Shown here in pieces: positions 8,864-16,484 of a stretch of DNA of 36,158 nucleotides; the stretch's first letter is position 1, and every line of letters starts with the position of its first letter. The stretch spans positions 1 through 36,158 of the IMG/VR virus record IMGVR_UViG_3300022697_000054; one strand, given 5' to 3'. Below the pieces are notes generated by a model. That model worked only from the letters and a program-made list of their open reading frames with translations. It did no database searches and was not told the DNA's origin. Made by a program: the position numbers and the translations under genes. Source of the DNA: a virus. Taxonomy: Duplodnaviria; Caudoviricetes.

Positions 8864-9231
8864 TATTTTTTCCCCAACCCCTTCACGACGTGCGCCAAGA
8901 AATAAAACGCCAAGATGATACTAAACGGCTCGTTCACGTTCTCGGATATGACGTTAAATACGTATTTCGCCAGATCGTCTCCGTGCCATGCCTTCGCTAT
9001 CACGCCTACGATTATCAGTAAACACCACAAACTCGTTACTATCAGAGCGATTATCCGCCGTGCGATGCTTTGATATTGTGTAGCTTTAACGTATTCGAGC
9101 GTCCAATCGAGTACTTTTTTTTGCGCATCGGACTTCTCTTCATCCGTGAATATCGCTTTATCCACGCCCGCCGACACTTTGTCGATAACATTGTTTACGT
9201 TACCGCCCGTTATCCAGCTCCAGATTCCCAT
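8863..9231 (-). CDS. Holin (3TM/GTA-holin-like)
   Basis: VDKAIFTDEEK motif plus hydrophobic helices; adjacent to endolysin; ATG at 9231. Confidence 0.7.
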   Translation of the reverse strand: MGIWSWITGGNVNNVIDKVSAGVDKAIFTDEEKSDAQKKVLDWTLEYVKATQYQSIARRIIALIVTSLWCLLIIVGVIAKAWHGDDLAKYVFNVISENVNEPFSIILAFYFLAHVVKGLGKK

Positions 9232-9232
9232 T

Positions 9233-9640
9233 TCAATAACTCCACATCGCCGATTGTTTACTAGTGTCAACGTCAATATGGAGGAAGTACGGCTGTCCAT
9301 GCCGAGCTGATACGCCAATTCGCTCAAATCCCGCCTGTAATGCGGACACAACGTATAAAAGCATCGCTCCCGCACTGGAGACTTTCAGATCAACCGCATA
9401 ACCGCCAAGATGTGAGCTGGTCGGGCTTCCCCCAACAGCCTTATTGTGTTCGGGGCAACGGATTCCGCTATTGATTACCAGCCCTTGCTCACTACCTCCC
9501 GCAAGCATAACTGATTGATTTAAGATATCGCGCATGGCTTCAAGCCTCTCTACCAATCTCACATCCGGCTCAACAACCGCTACGCAGTCCGGCTCATTAC
9601 ATTTGCACGCAAATTCTGAATTTTTAAAATGTTCGCTCAT
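9233..9640 (-). CDS. Endolysin, peptidase M15A family
   Basis: HF...EFACKC, INSGIRCPEHN..VGG, SSHLGGYAVD, FLHID. Confidence 0.92.
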   Translation of the reverse strand: MSEHFKNSEFACKCNEPDCVAVVEPDVRLVERLEAMRDILNQSVMLAGGSEQGLVINSGIRCPEHNKAVGGSPTSSHLGGYAVDLKVSSAGAMLLYVVSALQAGFERIGVSARHGQPYFLHIDVDTSKQSAMWSY

Positions 9641-10014
9641 CGCTTAAACCTGAAACAAATAACTGAGAACACCCACGCTGGCACGACTTTGCCCCGCTGG
9701 AATATCGCTATCGGTATCCGCGCAAGGAATTTCGCGCCGTGAGAATTCGGGCACATCTTCTGAATCTGGGTTATCGGGTTAGCATTCATGTCAAATACAG
9801 CGTCAACAGAAGCCCGCATCGCGTCCACGCCGGGCGGGAAAGGCTTTTCGGGGAGTAGAATTATAAAAGCTGGCTCGACTGTATAAATGCGGATATCTCC
9901 GGGGTCGGCGTATGCCATTGAAAACAATGAGCATAGCAATATTACCGCGCACAAAGCCGATTTCATGCCACGATTTAACCACAAATGTAATGTTTCGTCA
10001 ACCAAAAATTTCAT
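9637..10014 (-). CDS. Hypothetical exported protein (signal peptide); start 10014 or 9966
   Basis: MKSALCAVILLCSLFSMAYA/DPG signal-like segment; ATGA overlap with endolysin. Confidence 0.55.
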   Translation of the reverse strand: MKFLVDETLHLWLNRGMKSALCAVILLCSLFSMAYADPGDIRIYTVEPAFIILLPEKPFPPGVDAMRASVDAVFDMNANPITQIQKMCPNSHGAKFLARIPIAIFQRGKVVPAWVFSVICFRFKR

Positions 10015-10060
10015 TTCGTTACATCGGTTTAATAAATCATTACTGAATAAATACCGCACC

Positions 10061-10089
10061 GGCATTGTAGCGGAAATGCCTCACGTCAA
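10061..10089 (-). promoter_or_regulatory. Candidate late promoter with overlapping palindrome
   Basis: Minus strand TTGACG-14 nt-TACAAT; GGCATT-N8-AATGCC at 10061-10080. Confidence 0.45.
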
Positions 10090-10102
10090 TAATGTGTTGA
10101 TA
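10090..10102 (-). promoter_or_regulatory. IHF-binding site
   Basis: TATCAACACATTA matches WATCAANNNNTTR exactly; ~40 bp upstream of a -24 element. Confidence 0.55.
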
Positions 10103-10140
10103 TTAGCGGGCTTCGTGAATGTTTGGGATTATGAGCAGTT

Positions 10141-10156
10141 TGGCACGGAGTGTGCA
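10141..10156 (+). promoter_or_regulatory. Sigma54-type -24/-12 promoter, copy 1
   Basis: TGGCACG-GAGT-GTGCA; GG-N10-GC spacing. Confidence 0.65.
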
Positions 10157-10198
10157 ATATATAAGTGTATGATTAACAATTTGAAAGAGGAAAAGAAG

Positions 10199-10384
10199 AT
10201 GACAAAAATAACAGAAGCTGTAATAGCGAATATAGAGACGGCAAAGGAAACATTCATCGCGGCACTCAAACCGATGCTTCACACATCAGTGATTGAAGCG
10301 AAAACGGACATTCAGCGGGCAATGCGGACTATTGAAGAGATCGCAAGAGTGGCTAAAACAACAGCAAAAGGACTCGACTACTAA
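10199..10384 (+). CDS. Hypothetical helical early protein (61 aa, MTKITEAV)
   Basis: GAGG RBS; ATG follows the duplicated promoter cassette. Confidence 0.7.
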   Translation: MTKITEAVIANIETAKETFIAALKPMLHTSVIEAKTDIQRAMRTIEEIARVAKTTAKGLDY

Positions 10385-10420
10385 CTGACAAGACATTTCA
10401 GCCAGGAAGGAAGGAATAAG

Positions 10421-10633
10421 ATGAAAACTTTGAATTATCGACATTCGCTCGAAACAATGAGAGGTGAGATAAAAAGTCGAACTGAAGGGAAGGAAGAAAT
10501 CATGTTTTTCGCACAGGCTGGTAAGCACGTATTTAATATCATCGAAAAATACGACGACTTCGCAGACGCAAAACGAACGTGCGGCGTGTTTTATAACGAA
10601 ACAGACCTGGCAGAATACATCAATTCACTCTAA
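10421..10633 (+). CDS. Hypothetical protein
   Basis: AAGGA RBS, ORF track. Confidence 0.65.
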   Translation: MKTLNYRHSLETMRGEIKSRTEGKEEIMFFAQAGKHVFNIIEKYDDFADAKRTCGVFYNETDLAEYINSL

Positions 10634-10761
10634 AAAAAGGGGCTTAAGGTGAAACGAATTAGTTGCAATCTCGGCGAAACAGTATTACATAATCAGATTC
10701 ATAATTCATTTGTAATTACCCGCAAATCTCTTGACGACGTAGTATGTGCGATGGAAGTGTT

Positions 10762-10777
10762 CGGCACGGAGCGTGCA
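10762..10777 (+). promoter_or_regulatory. Sigma54-type -24/-12 promoter, copy 2
   Basis: CGGCACG-GAGC-GTGCA; part of a ~65-bp imperfect repeat with 10138-10201. Confidence 0.6.
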
Positions 10778-10819
10778 ATATATAATGGCATGATTAACAA
10801 TTCAAAAGAGGGAAAGAAA

Positions 10820-10996
10820 ATGGATAAAATGCAGGGGCACATCAAATCGGCTATTAAGCATCTGACCGAAGCGAAAAGAGGGTTAAAACATGCTGATTGG
10901 GAGACTAAGAAGATTATACGCGAAGCATTAGCGAATGCTAATCATGCGTTAATCGCTGTCGAAGTCGATATACAAACGAAAGCCGATGACATCTAA
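10820..10996 (+). CDS. Hypothetical helical early protein (58 aa, MDKMQGH)
   Basis: GAGGG RBS; same leader as the 10199 gene. Confidence 0.7.
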   Translation: MDKMQGHIKSAIKHLTEAKRGLKHADWETKKIIREALANANHALIAVEVDIQTKADDI

Positions 10997-11156
10997 TAAT
11001 CTCGACAAGGCAATCCGCAAGCTGGCCGCTTCGGCGCGAGGGTCGTTCCGCATCGAGGTCGAATCGTACCCGGACGGCTGGATAGTCTGCATGGAAACGT
11101 ATGAAGCAGGACTACATCAGTATAAATCTGTAATCGTGAAAAGGGAGGAGAAATGA
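10986..11156 (+). CDS. Hypothetical 56-aa protein (MTSNNLDKAI...)
   Basis: Read manually; ATGA overlap with the next gene. Confidence 0.55.
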   Translation: MTSNNLDKAIRKLAASARGSFRIEVESYPDGWIVCMETYEAGLHQYKSVIVKREEK

Positions 11157-11806
11157 AACTCTACAATCGAACGAAATGTCCGGATGAACTTTTGGAATCA
11201 ATCATCAAGAAAGCGGCAAAACATCTGAGAGTCAAAACAACGGGGAAAGGCTATACATCTCATTATTTGGGCGGTGGAACGGTTACATGGCCACCGCTTA
11301 CCGTGATTGTCAATAGCAGTCGTAAAATCAGCGGGGTGGCTTATGAAGCCGGTGAATACCTGCTGGTCAAAGAACTCAATCGGGGGTTGCGCCTCCAGAC
11401 AGGCAATCCAGTCATTGTAATCCGGATGCCTGATAGAGAACCCGTGAGCTGGTGGTACACCGATGCACGGATAGACGCTAATAAACGCCTGTCTGACAAT
11501 GAGAAAGCCACCGAAAAACAGCGCATGGCGAAATGGCGGATTGACTACCCGTTAAACAGAGCGGAATACTTTATTGATGTGATGATTCACGAACTTGCTC
11601 ACGTCAAGCAGTATCAGGAAAAAGCGAAATTCAAAGAACACAGAACCGCTTCCGGCAGGCAAATAAAATGGGCGGCGCGGCCGGTCGAGATTGATGCCGA
11701 AGATCGTAAGGATAAGATTCTGGAACGTACTAACTGGGATGATGCAATTCTCGAACTGGCTGAATATCTCGAAAGCACTTGGAACCGGAAAGCCAATATC
11801 AATTAG
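11153..11806 (+). CDS. Putative zincin-like metallopeptidase
   Basis: MIHELAHVKQY (HExxH) and downstream PVEIDA; GGAGG RBS. Confidence 0.7.
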   Translation: MKLYNRTKCPDELLESIIKKAAKHLRVKTTGKGYTSHYLGGGTVTWPPLTVIVNSSRKISGVAYEAGEYLLVKELNRGLRLQTGNPVIVIRMPDREPVSWWYTDARIDANKRLSDNEKATEKQRMAKWRIDYPLNRAEYFIDVMIHELAHVKQYQEKAKFKEHRTASGRQIKWAARPVEIDAEDRKDKILERTNWDDAILELAEYLESTWNRKANIN

Positions 11807-11824
11807 CAGAAAAAGGGAGGAAAA

Positions 11825-12085
11825 ATGAAAATCTCAAAAGCACCGTGGAAAATTGTGTATGAGGATAAAAATACAGCACCTTTAAAAGATGCTAATGGAA
11901 AAACGATTAACAGATTATACATAGATACAAAAGAACATATAGCAAATGCGACTTTGATTGTAAATGCCCCTGAATTGTTGGATGCTTGTAAATCGGTTAT
12001 TTGTTCTCCCATTATGCCATATTTTATATCGCTCATAATATCACCTTCGCTTTCGATAAATGCTTTAATCGTTTATGCCATTTAG
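11825..12085 (+). CDS. 'KAPW...NA.LI..APEL' family phage protein, paralog 1
   Basis: ISKAPW and ANATLIVNAPELL; GGAGG RBS. Confidence 0.7.
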   Translation: MKISKAPWKIVYEDKNTAPLKDANGKTINRLYIDTKEHIANATLIVNAPELLDACKSVICSPIMPYFISLIISPSLSINALIVYAI

Positions 12086-12452
12086 CGTTATCGCTGTTGA
12101 ATTTCTCAAGCTCTTCGGGAGTCCTCGAACGCTTTTCCGGCAACTCCCGCTTGCGCCGTTCGGCCTCCATCGCTTCGATATAGCGTATCTGCATTGGGAT
12201 AGCCACTTTTTTAACCATCGCACCGAAACTGCCCTTATCCGGTGTGAGATAGTACCGGATATCATCATCGTACTGATGCTCGATGATGTATTGCACGGCC
12301 TTAAAATACACCACTGGGAACAATCCCTTAACGATGTCATACCAAACCCCTTGCGTTATCTCATCCGGGGGCTCCTTCGGGCGCAGGTTCGCCGCCCACT
12401 TCGCCAACCCTATCCGAAATTCGGCTTTAGAGAGTCGCTGAACAGTCATCAT
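12033..12452 (-). CDS. Hypothetical protein, possible helicase loader/inhibitor
   Basis: Directly downstream of and coupled to the initiator; function inferred from position only. Confidence 0.55.
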   Translation of the reverse strand: MMTVQRLSKAEFRIGLAKWAANLRPKEPPDEITQGVWYDIVKGLFPVVYFKAVQYIIEHQYDDDIRYYLTPDKGSFGAMVKKVAIPMQIRYIEAMEAERRKRELPEKRSRTPEELEKFNSDNAKWHKRLKHLSKAKVIL

Positions 12453-13432
12453 TTCACATCCTCGCTTAATTCTACGGGTGCTGGAAAGGTTTTTGGGGGG
12501 GTGGGTATAGCAATCCCTACTCCATGCCCAGGATTACCGTTAAATCGCTCAATTTTATCCGGCGTTACATCAACCACGACCGGCGAACCGCCCAAAATCT
12601 TCTCCGCTACGCTTTGCTTACGAGCCGCGTCTGGTTCCCCAACATAACTTGCAAAATGTTTTTTACAGAAAAGAGTTTCGGGGCGAAGAAATGGAGCCAT
12701 TTTCCGGTCATCGCCCCATTGTGCCACTTTGCGATTAATTACAATTAAAAAATCCTGCAAAATAAACCCTTCCGCCAGCCGAGCTATTATTTTTTTCCGG
12801 GTATCTTCGGTCGATGCCCGATAATGGCTCCCTGATTTTGCGTTTAAATGCAAAATGATTTGTGAAACTATTTCTGCTTGTTGGCTTAAAGAAGATTTAT
12901 CTTTTAAAGACTTCTTAGATTCTTTTTTAAGAATTATATCTTTACCCTTAACCTTACCCGTTCCCTTTCCCTTTCCCGGAGCCATTCCATACCCATTAGA
13001 ATGGGTATCCATACCCATTAGATACCCATTAGATACCCTTTCAATATCAGGATATTTTTTCATAAACTCTTGATAAAATGGATGTTCGGCGTACCTTCGC
13101 ACCGCTTTAAAAACACCCTTTGCCTGCTTTTCTGATATGTTTTCGGTCTTTAAATACTGGTGTTTTACATGATTTATGACCCAAACAAGAGAAATGTCAG
13201 GATCAAACATGATTTTGTTTTGCTCTACTAAATACTGCAAAGCGGTTAAGATTTTCGGTTCAGGGATACCTAATTGGTATGCTATTAAGCCCGTATCAAT
13301 TTCATACATAGCGGATATATTTTTATTATCATTTGTCCATAAATACGGGAAAATGATTTTTATTTCGGGGGGGGATTCCCGGAACCATCGCTCCGACCAA
13401 AGGCCGGTGTAAAAGTCAACGTACACCGGCAT
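12449..13432 (-). CDS. Replication initiator (lambda O-like architecture) with conserved phage C-terminal (Phg_2220_C-like) domain
   Basis: N-terminal HTH-like region, GKGKG linker, HLNAKSG...ARLAEG...W...FLRPETLF; internal iterons; TGATG coupling at 13432. Confidence 0.85.
   Translation of the reverse strand: MPVYVDFYTGLWSERWFRESPPEIKIIFPYLWTNDNKNISAMYEIDTGLIAYQLGIPEPKILTALQYLVEQNKIMFDPDISLVWVINHVKHQYLKTENISEKQAKGVFKAVRRYAEHPFYQEFMKKYPDIERVSNGYLMGMDTHSNGYGMAPGKGKGTGKVKGKDIILKKESKKSLKDKSSLSQQAEIVSQIILHLNAKSGSHYRASTEDTRKKIIARLAEGFILQDFLIVINRKVAQWGDDRKMAPFLRPETLFCKKHFASYVGEPDAARKQSVAEKILGGSPVVVDVTPDKIERFNGNPGHGVGIAIPTPPKTFPAPVELSEDVK
12890..13040. repeat. Probable replication origin: TACCCATTAGA iterons plus AT-rich tract
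   Basis: TACCCATTAGA at 12990, 13012 and 13023, partial at 13034, inverted ATGGGTAT at 13001; AT-rich 12890-12945. Confidence 0.75.
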
Positions 13433-13899
13433 CAGATTACCATTTCGATTTTTACAACGTCTGCCACCCACAACGCGACTTTACATATTGCCAACGCGGG
13501 CGAATCTGCTACCGCATGCTGGGTTAGTGTATTCACTAAAGAGACATGGGCAGTATAAGATTCGTCTGCAACCACATACTGCAAACCTATTTTTTCAACA
13601 TTAGCTATTTCTGCTATTTTCCTCCATACATCCATAGCATCGGTCATATTACTCCCCCAATATGGGATGTCTTCACAATCTTTAAACCAGTCCGGCTGTG
13701 GTAATTTTTTACCGGTTGCTGGATCATATTTATTGTAATATTCGCCCTCAAAACTCTGACCCCACGGTGCCCTGACAATCCAAATATCATCTTTGCTTTT
13801 ATAATACGACCATCCCATTATTTTTTCTGCCACCCACGCATCCATACAGCGGGACACTTGATGTTGTGATAATTCTGTTTTACAAGTAGGGCAGTTCAT
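13432..13899 (-). CDS. Phage ABA-sandwich domain (BC1872-like) protein
   Basis: DAWVAEKIMGW...PYW....DAMDVW...PALAICKVAL. Confidence 0.75.
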   Translation of the reverse strand: MNCPTCKTELSQHQVSRCMDAWVAEKIMGWSYYKSKDDIWIVRAPWGQSFEGEYYNKYDPATGKKLPQPDWFKDCEDIPYWGSNMTDAMDVWRKIAEIANVEKIGLQYVVADESYTAHVSLVNTLTQHAVADSPALAICKVALWVADVVKIEMVI

Positions 13900-14150
13900 G
13901 TTTCCATTTCTTCAATCAACCGCTCAAGATACCAGCGCGCTTTTTTTAAATCTTCGGTGCCGCCTTTCTTACGGAACCGCCAGACGTATTTAACGATGTT
14001 GCCGTGCAGGTAGCTTGTAAAATCATCAACCTGCGCTTCAATGGCCTCTATGCACTCTATTTTGCCCATATAATGAGCCGGGTGGTTTATGTTGTCAGCG
14101 TACTTTTGCAATGTTTCGGCTTCGGAAATACCGGGGTGTTTATCTTTCAT
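13896..14150 (-). CDS. DUF3310 family protein (T7 gp1.7/SaV-like)
   Basis: DNINHPAHY, IECIEAI, GNIVKYVWR, KGGTEDLKKARWYL. Confidence 0.9.
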   Translation of the reverse strand: MKDKHPGISEAETLQKYADNINHPAHYMGKIECIEAIEAQVDDFTSYLHGNIVKYVWRFRKKGGTEDLKKARWYLERLIEEMET

Positions 14151-14290
14151 ACGCTATCCGAAAACCGAGCCGGGGAGTTTGGGCATGGTGAAATGGTATA
14201 TAACAGACACCCGCGCCCCCCGGCCGAATCATTAGATAGTTTGCGTTATATACCATGCGATAATTATATTTATTCCAAATCATTTGTCAA
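14140..14290 (-). promoter_or_regulatory. Leader element A: sigma70 promoter, pseudoknot and 38-aa uORF (14256-14140)
   Basis: TTGACA-16-TATAAT; 14245-14256 pairs with 14193-14204; 14218-14224 pairs with 14169-14175. Confidence 0.7.
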
Positions 14291-14509
14291 CTGCCATTTT
14301 TCCGCCGTCCGCTTATTGAAAAACCTGCGCCACAAATACGAGCGCGTAACAGATACCGCCGTGAATATTATCGTTATCCAAAATGAATCGTTTACGGTTG
14401 TGTGGAATCCGAACGCAGGGAGTACGGTCAATGCCATAATCCACGCAATGAGAAAGCCGGAACCTACGTTCAGGAATATCTCTAATGCGGATTCTTTATG
14501 AGTTTGCAT
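14270..14509 (-). CDS. Small two-TM phage membrane protein
   Basis: Q...ESALE..LNVGSGF...FTAVSVTRSYLWRRFFN, a recurrent phage family. Confidence 0.75.
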   Translation of the reverse strand: MQTHKESALEIFLNVGSGFLIAWIMALTVLPAFGFHTTVNDSFWITIIFTAVSVTRSYLWRRFFNKRTAEKWQLTNDLE

Positions 14510-14978
14510 CGCCGAGTGGTTTTAAATGACAGAATTTTGGGAAGCCGTCATCTTCCAATTTTTCGATGAATTCTCCCTCATATTTACACCACGGTTTACC
14601 GCCCGGCCTATTCACGTTTTTTATGTCGTTATAAGGACAGTACAGATTGTTGCAATGTGTTACATGGATAACTCGCCCATCCCGCATTTTATCTCCTGCA
14701 ACCTCGTGCAATAGATTCCGCTCCCATTTGTCCGCCAGTTTGCAAAGTTTTGACAACTCGATAAAAAAAGCGTTACCGACAGAGCAGGGAATAGAATCCT
14801 GCCCTTCTATAAATATTGACAAAGCTATCGGCGCATATTTAGCGACCAATTTTGTGTTTTTCAATTGTTCGTCAGGCTCCTCTTGCGTTGCGACTGCAAT
14901 CATCATCATTGCCTGCGCCTTGATGCGCTTGTAGTTTTCTTCGTTTTTTTCGCTGAATGTTTTCATAATTTTACTCAT
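14496..14978 (-). CDS. Hypothetical protein with C-terminal Cys4 domain
   Basis: ORF track; C..CPY...C...FPKFCHL. Confidence 0.7.
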   Translation of the reverse strand: MSKIMKTFSEKNEENYKRIKAQAMMMIAVATQEEPDEQLKNTKLVAKYAPIALSIFIEGQDSIPCSVGNAFFIELSKLCKLADKWERNLLHEVAGDKMRDGRVIHVTHCNNLYCPYNDIKNVNRPGGKPWCKYEGEFIEKLEDDGFPKFCHLKPLGDANS

Positions 14979-15646
14979 TTTTGATAATCTCTCATCAATT
15001 CCATGAATTTCTTTTTTGCTTCGGGGTTGGTGTCTATTTCCTTCCGTGATTCGATATCGAGAATTATCTTGAGAATTGATGATGTGCGATTTTTTGAATC
15101 CATAAGCCCATAGCGAGGAATCTTCCGGCAGATTTCGAGTGAGAATTTACTGCCCATTATATATTTCTGAAACTCCGGCTCATGGCATAACTGAATCGCC
15201 GACTGGCATAGCGACCCAACGCTCCAGTGTTTTTTCTCGGCGGTGGGAGTTTCATTTTTGATTATCACGGTCGGGACTGATACGGCTGGCGGTATGGACG
15301 GTAAATCATCTACGGTAGATGCTGTGGTTTCCATTGTTGAGGGGATAGGCGCAGGTTTTGGCAGGCGTTGGCAGTGCGGTTGAAACGACTCCTGCTGTGC
15401 TTCATAGTCCTGCCCGGACACGGTTGTTACAAGAAAATGCCCCGCTAATATCATCCCGTCCGTTCGAGCTTCGGCGAATAAATCCCATGCCTCTTTCGTA
15501 ATTTCAAACGATACCCGCCGGACGGCACCCTCTTTTTTGTTTTTGCGAAACTGCGGGTTTGGGTTTGATAACACAAGCTCGAACTCATAACCGGGAGTGT
15601 CGAGAGGATTAACTGTTAGTACACTTGCAGGGTTGTCTCTATTCAT
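14975..15646 (-). CDS. Hypothetical protein (start 15646 or 15661)
   Basis: Long ORF coupled to its neighbours; C-terminal IESRKEIDTNPEA. Confidence 0.7.
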   Translation of the reverse strand: MNRDNPASVLTVNPLDTPGYEFELVLSNPNPQFRKNKKEGAVRRVSFEITKEAWDLFAEARTDGMILAGHFLVTTVSGQDYEAQQESFQPHCQRLPKPAPIPSTMETTASTVDDLPSIPPAVSVPTVIIKNETPTAEKKHWSVGSLCQSAIQLCHEPEFQKYIMGSKFSLEICRKIPRYGLMDSKNRTSSILKIILDIESRKEIDTNPEAKKKFMELMRDYQK

Positions 15647-16007
15647 AATATTTGCCTTCAATCAATGGATGGCGCCCTATTATGCGGGACTGCCCCCCTA
15701 CTACGCCTAACTGAAATTTGAGTGTTAGCCAGCCGACATGAGACATCAGTAATAACCGTTCTGCTTCCCGCTTCGGGAAGAACCCGAGGTTTAAAAAACA
15801 GCCGGAGAGGAATTTTTCATCTGTCGCGCATAACTGGGAGGCTCCATAAACGCCCGTTTCGAGTCTTAATATCGGCCTTGTCGAAAATTTTGCGGTTTTG
15901 ACTTTCACAGGCGGATAATAAATATCTACCCCATACCCGTAATGAAATTTGCGGGGGTGTGGCGCAGTTGCAATGAGAGAATCGCCGAGTTTAGTTTTAC
16001 ATTCCAT
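15639..16007 (-). CDS. Hypothetical protein
   Basis: GGAGG RBS; first gene of the leftward operon. Confidence 0.55.
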   Translation of the reverse strand: MECKTKLGDSLIATAPHPRKFHYGYGVDIYYPPVKVKTAKFSTRPILRLETGVYGASQLCATDEKFLSGCFLNLGFFPKREAERLLLMSHVGWLTLKFQLGVVGGQSRIIGRHPLIEGKYYE

Positions 16008-16152
16008 AAAGCCTCCACGAAAATCGAACCGAGGGAGTCAGTGTTTTTGAAATGGTAATCGCAAGACGCACATCATCCCCCGGCCAGATTTTTAAAACTT
16101 CATTTACGATTACCATACCAATAAGTAAATCATAGTTAATGGTTAATGTCAA
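15997..16152 (-). promoter_or_regulatory. Leader element B: sigma70 promoter, pseudoknot and 39-aa uORF (16116-15997)
   Basis: TTGACA-17-TTTACT with extended TG; 16104-16116 pairs with 16052-16064; 16076-16085 pairs with 16027-16036. Confidence 0.65.
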
Positions 16153-16180
16153 TCTAAAAATTATGTGCTATTATGAAAAA

Positions 16181-16233
16181 GCCGGGTAAGTGTTCAGGGC
16201 TTTTGTCGGTTCGATTCCGGCACCCGGCATCCA
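16181..16233 (+). ncRNA. Armless tRNA-like RNA (acceptor stem and T-arm only)
   Basis: GCCGGGT/ACCCGGC 7-bp stem, GTCGG-TTCGATT-CCGGC T-arm, 3' ATCCA; TGC-TATTAT extended -10 six nt upstream. Confidence 0.65.
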
Positions 16234-16252
16234 CCTCTATCAACTACTAATT

Positions 16253-16281
16253 TATTACTAATATCTACTAGATTAGTAATA
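16253..16281. promoter_or_regulatory. Operator-like inverted repeat between divergent promoters
   Basis: TATTACTAAT-N9-ATTAGTAATA with extra TACTA repeats. Confidence 0.5.
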
Positions 16282-16311
16282 CGCTTGCAAAAAGTTTTTT
16301 AATTTTTTTTG

Positions 16312-16484
16312 TTGACTCGCTTTTGGAAGTGTGTATGATGACGGTTATGAAGCTACTACATCATATCCAAACGGCCTTTAGCGGGTGCGAAAATCCCTTG
16401 TGTAGTAGCTTCGTTTTTTCAAACCCGCTTATAAATCCTCCCGCTCATATTATCCCCCTCATGGGCGGGGGGAGATTTAAATGA
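16312..16484 (+). promoter_or_regulatory. Leader element C: sigma70 promoter, pseudoknot and 45-aa uORF (16347-16484)
   Basis: TTGACT-16-TATGAT; 16349-16360 pairs with 16401-16412; 16380-16386 pairs with 16423-16429; ATGA overlap with the HNH gene. Confidence 0.68.

Noticed and set aside
9679-9692. TGGCACG-ACT-TTGC as a sigma54 promoter
   Set aside because: GG-N9-GC spacing is one base short, and it lies antisense within a CDS
9887-10198. Upstream extensions of ORFs 9887-10384 and 10649-10996 sharing 'FGTE.AIY..MINN.KE'
   Set aside because: The similarity is the translated promoter repeat; RBS-supported starts are at 10199 and 10820
12985-13040. Short repeats as a CRISPR array
   Set aside because: 11-bp units without unique spacers, inside the initiator gene; they fit iterons
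16205-16233. tRNA 3' half as an attP core
   Set aside because: No integrase recognised, and a matching 5' acceptor strand plus promoter are present; not fully excluded
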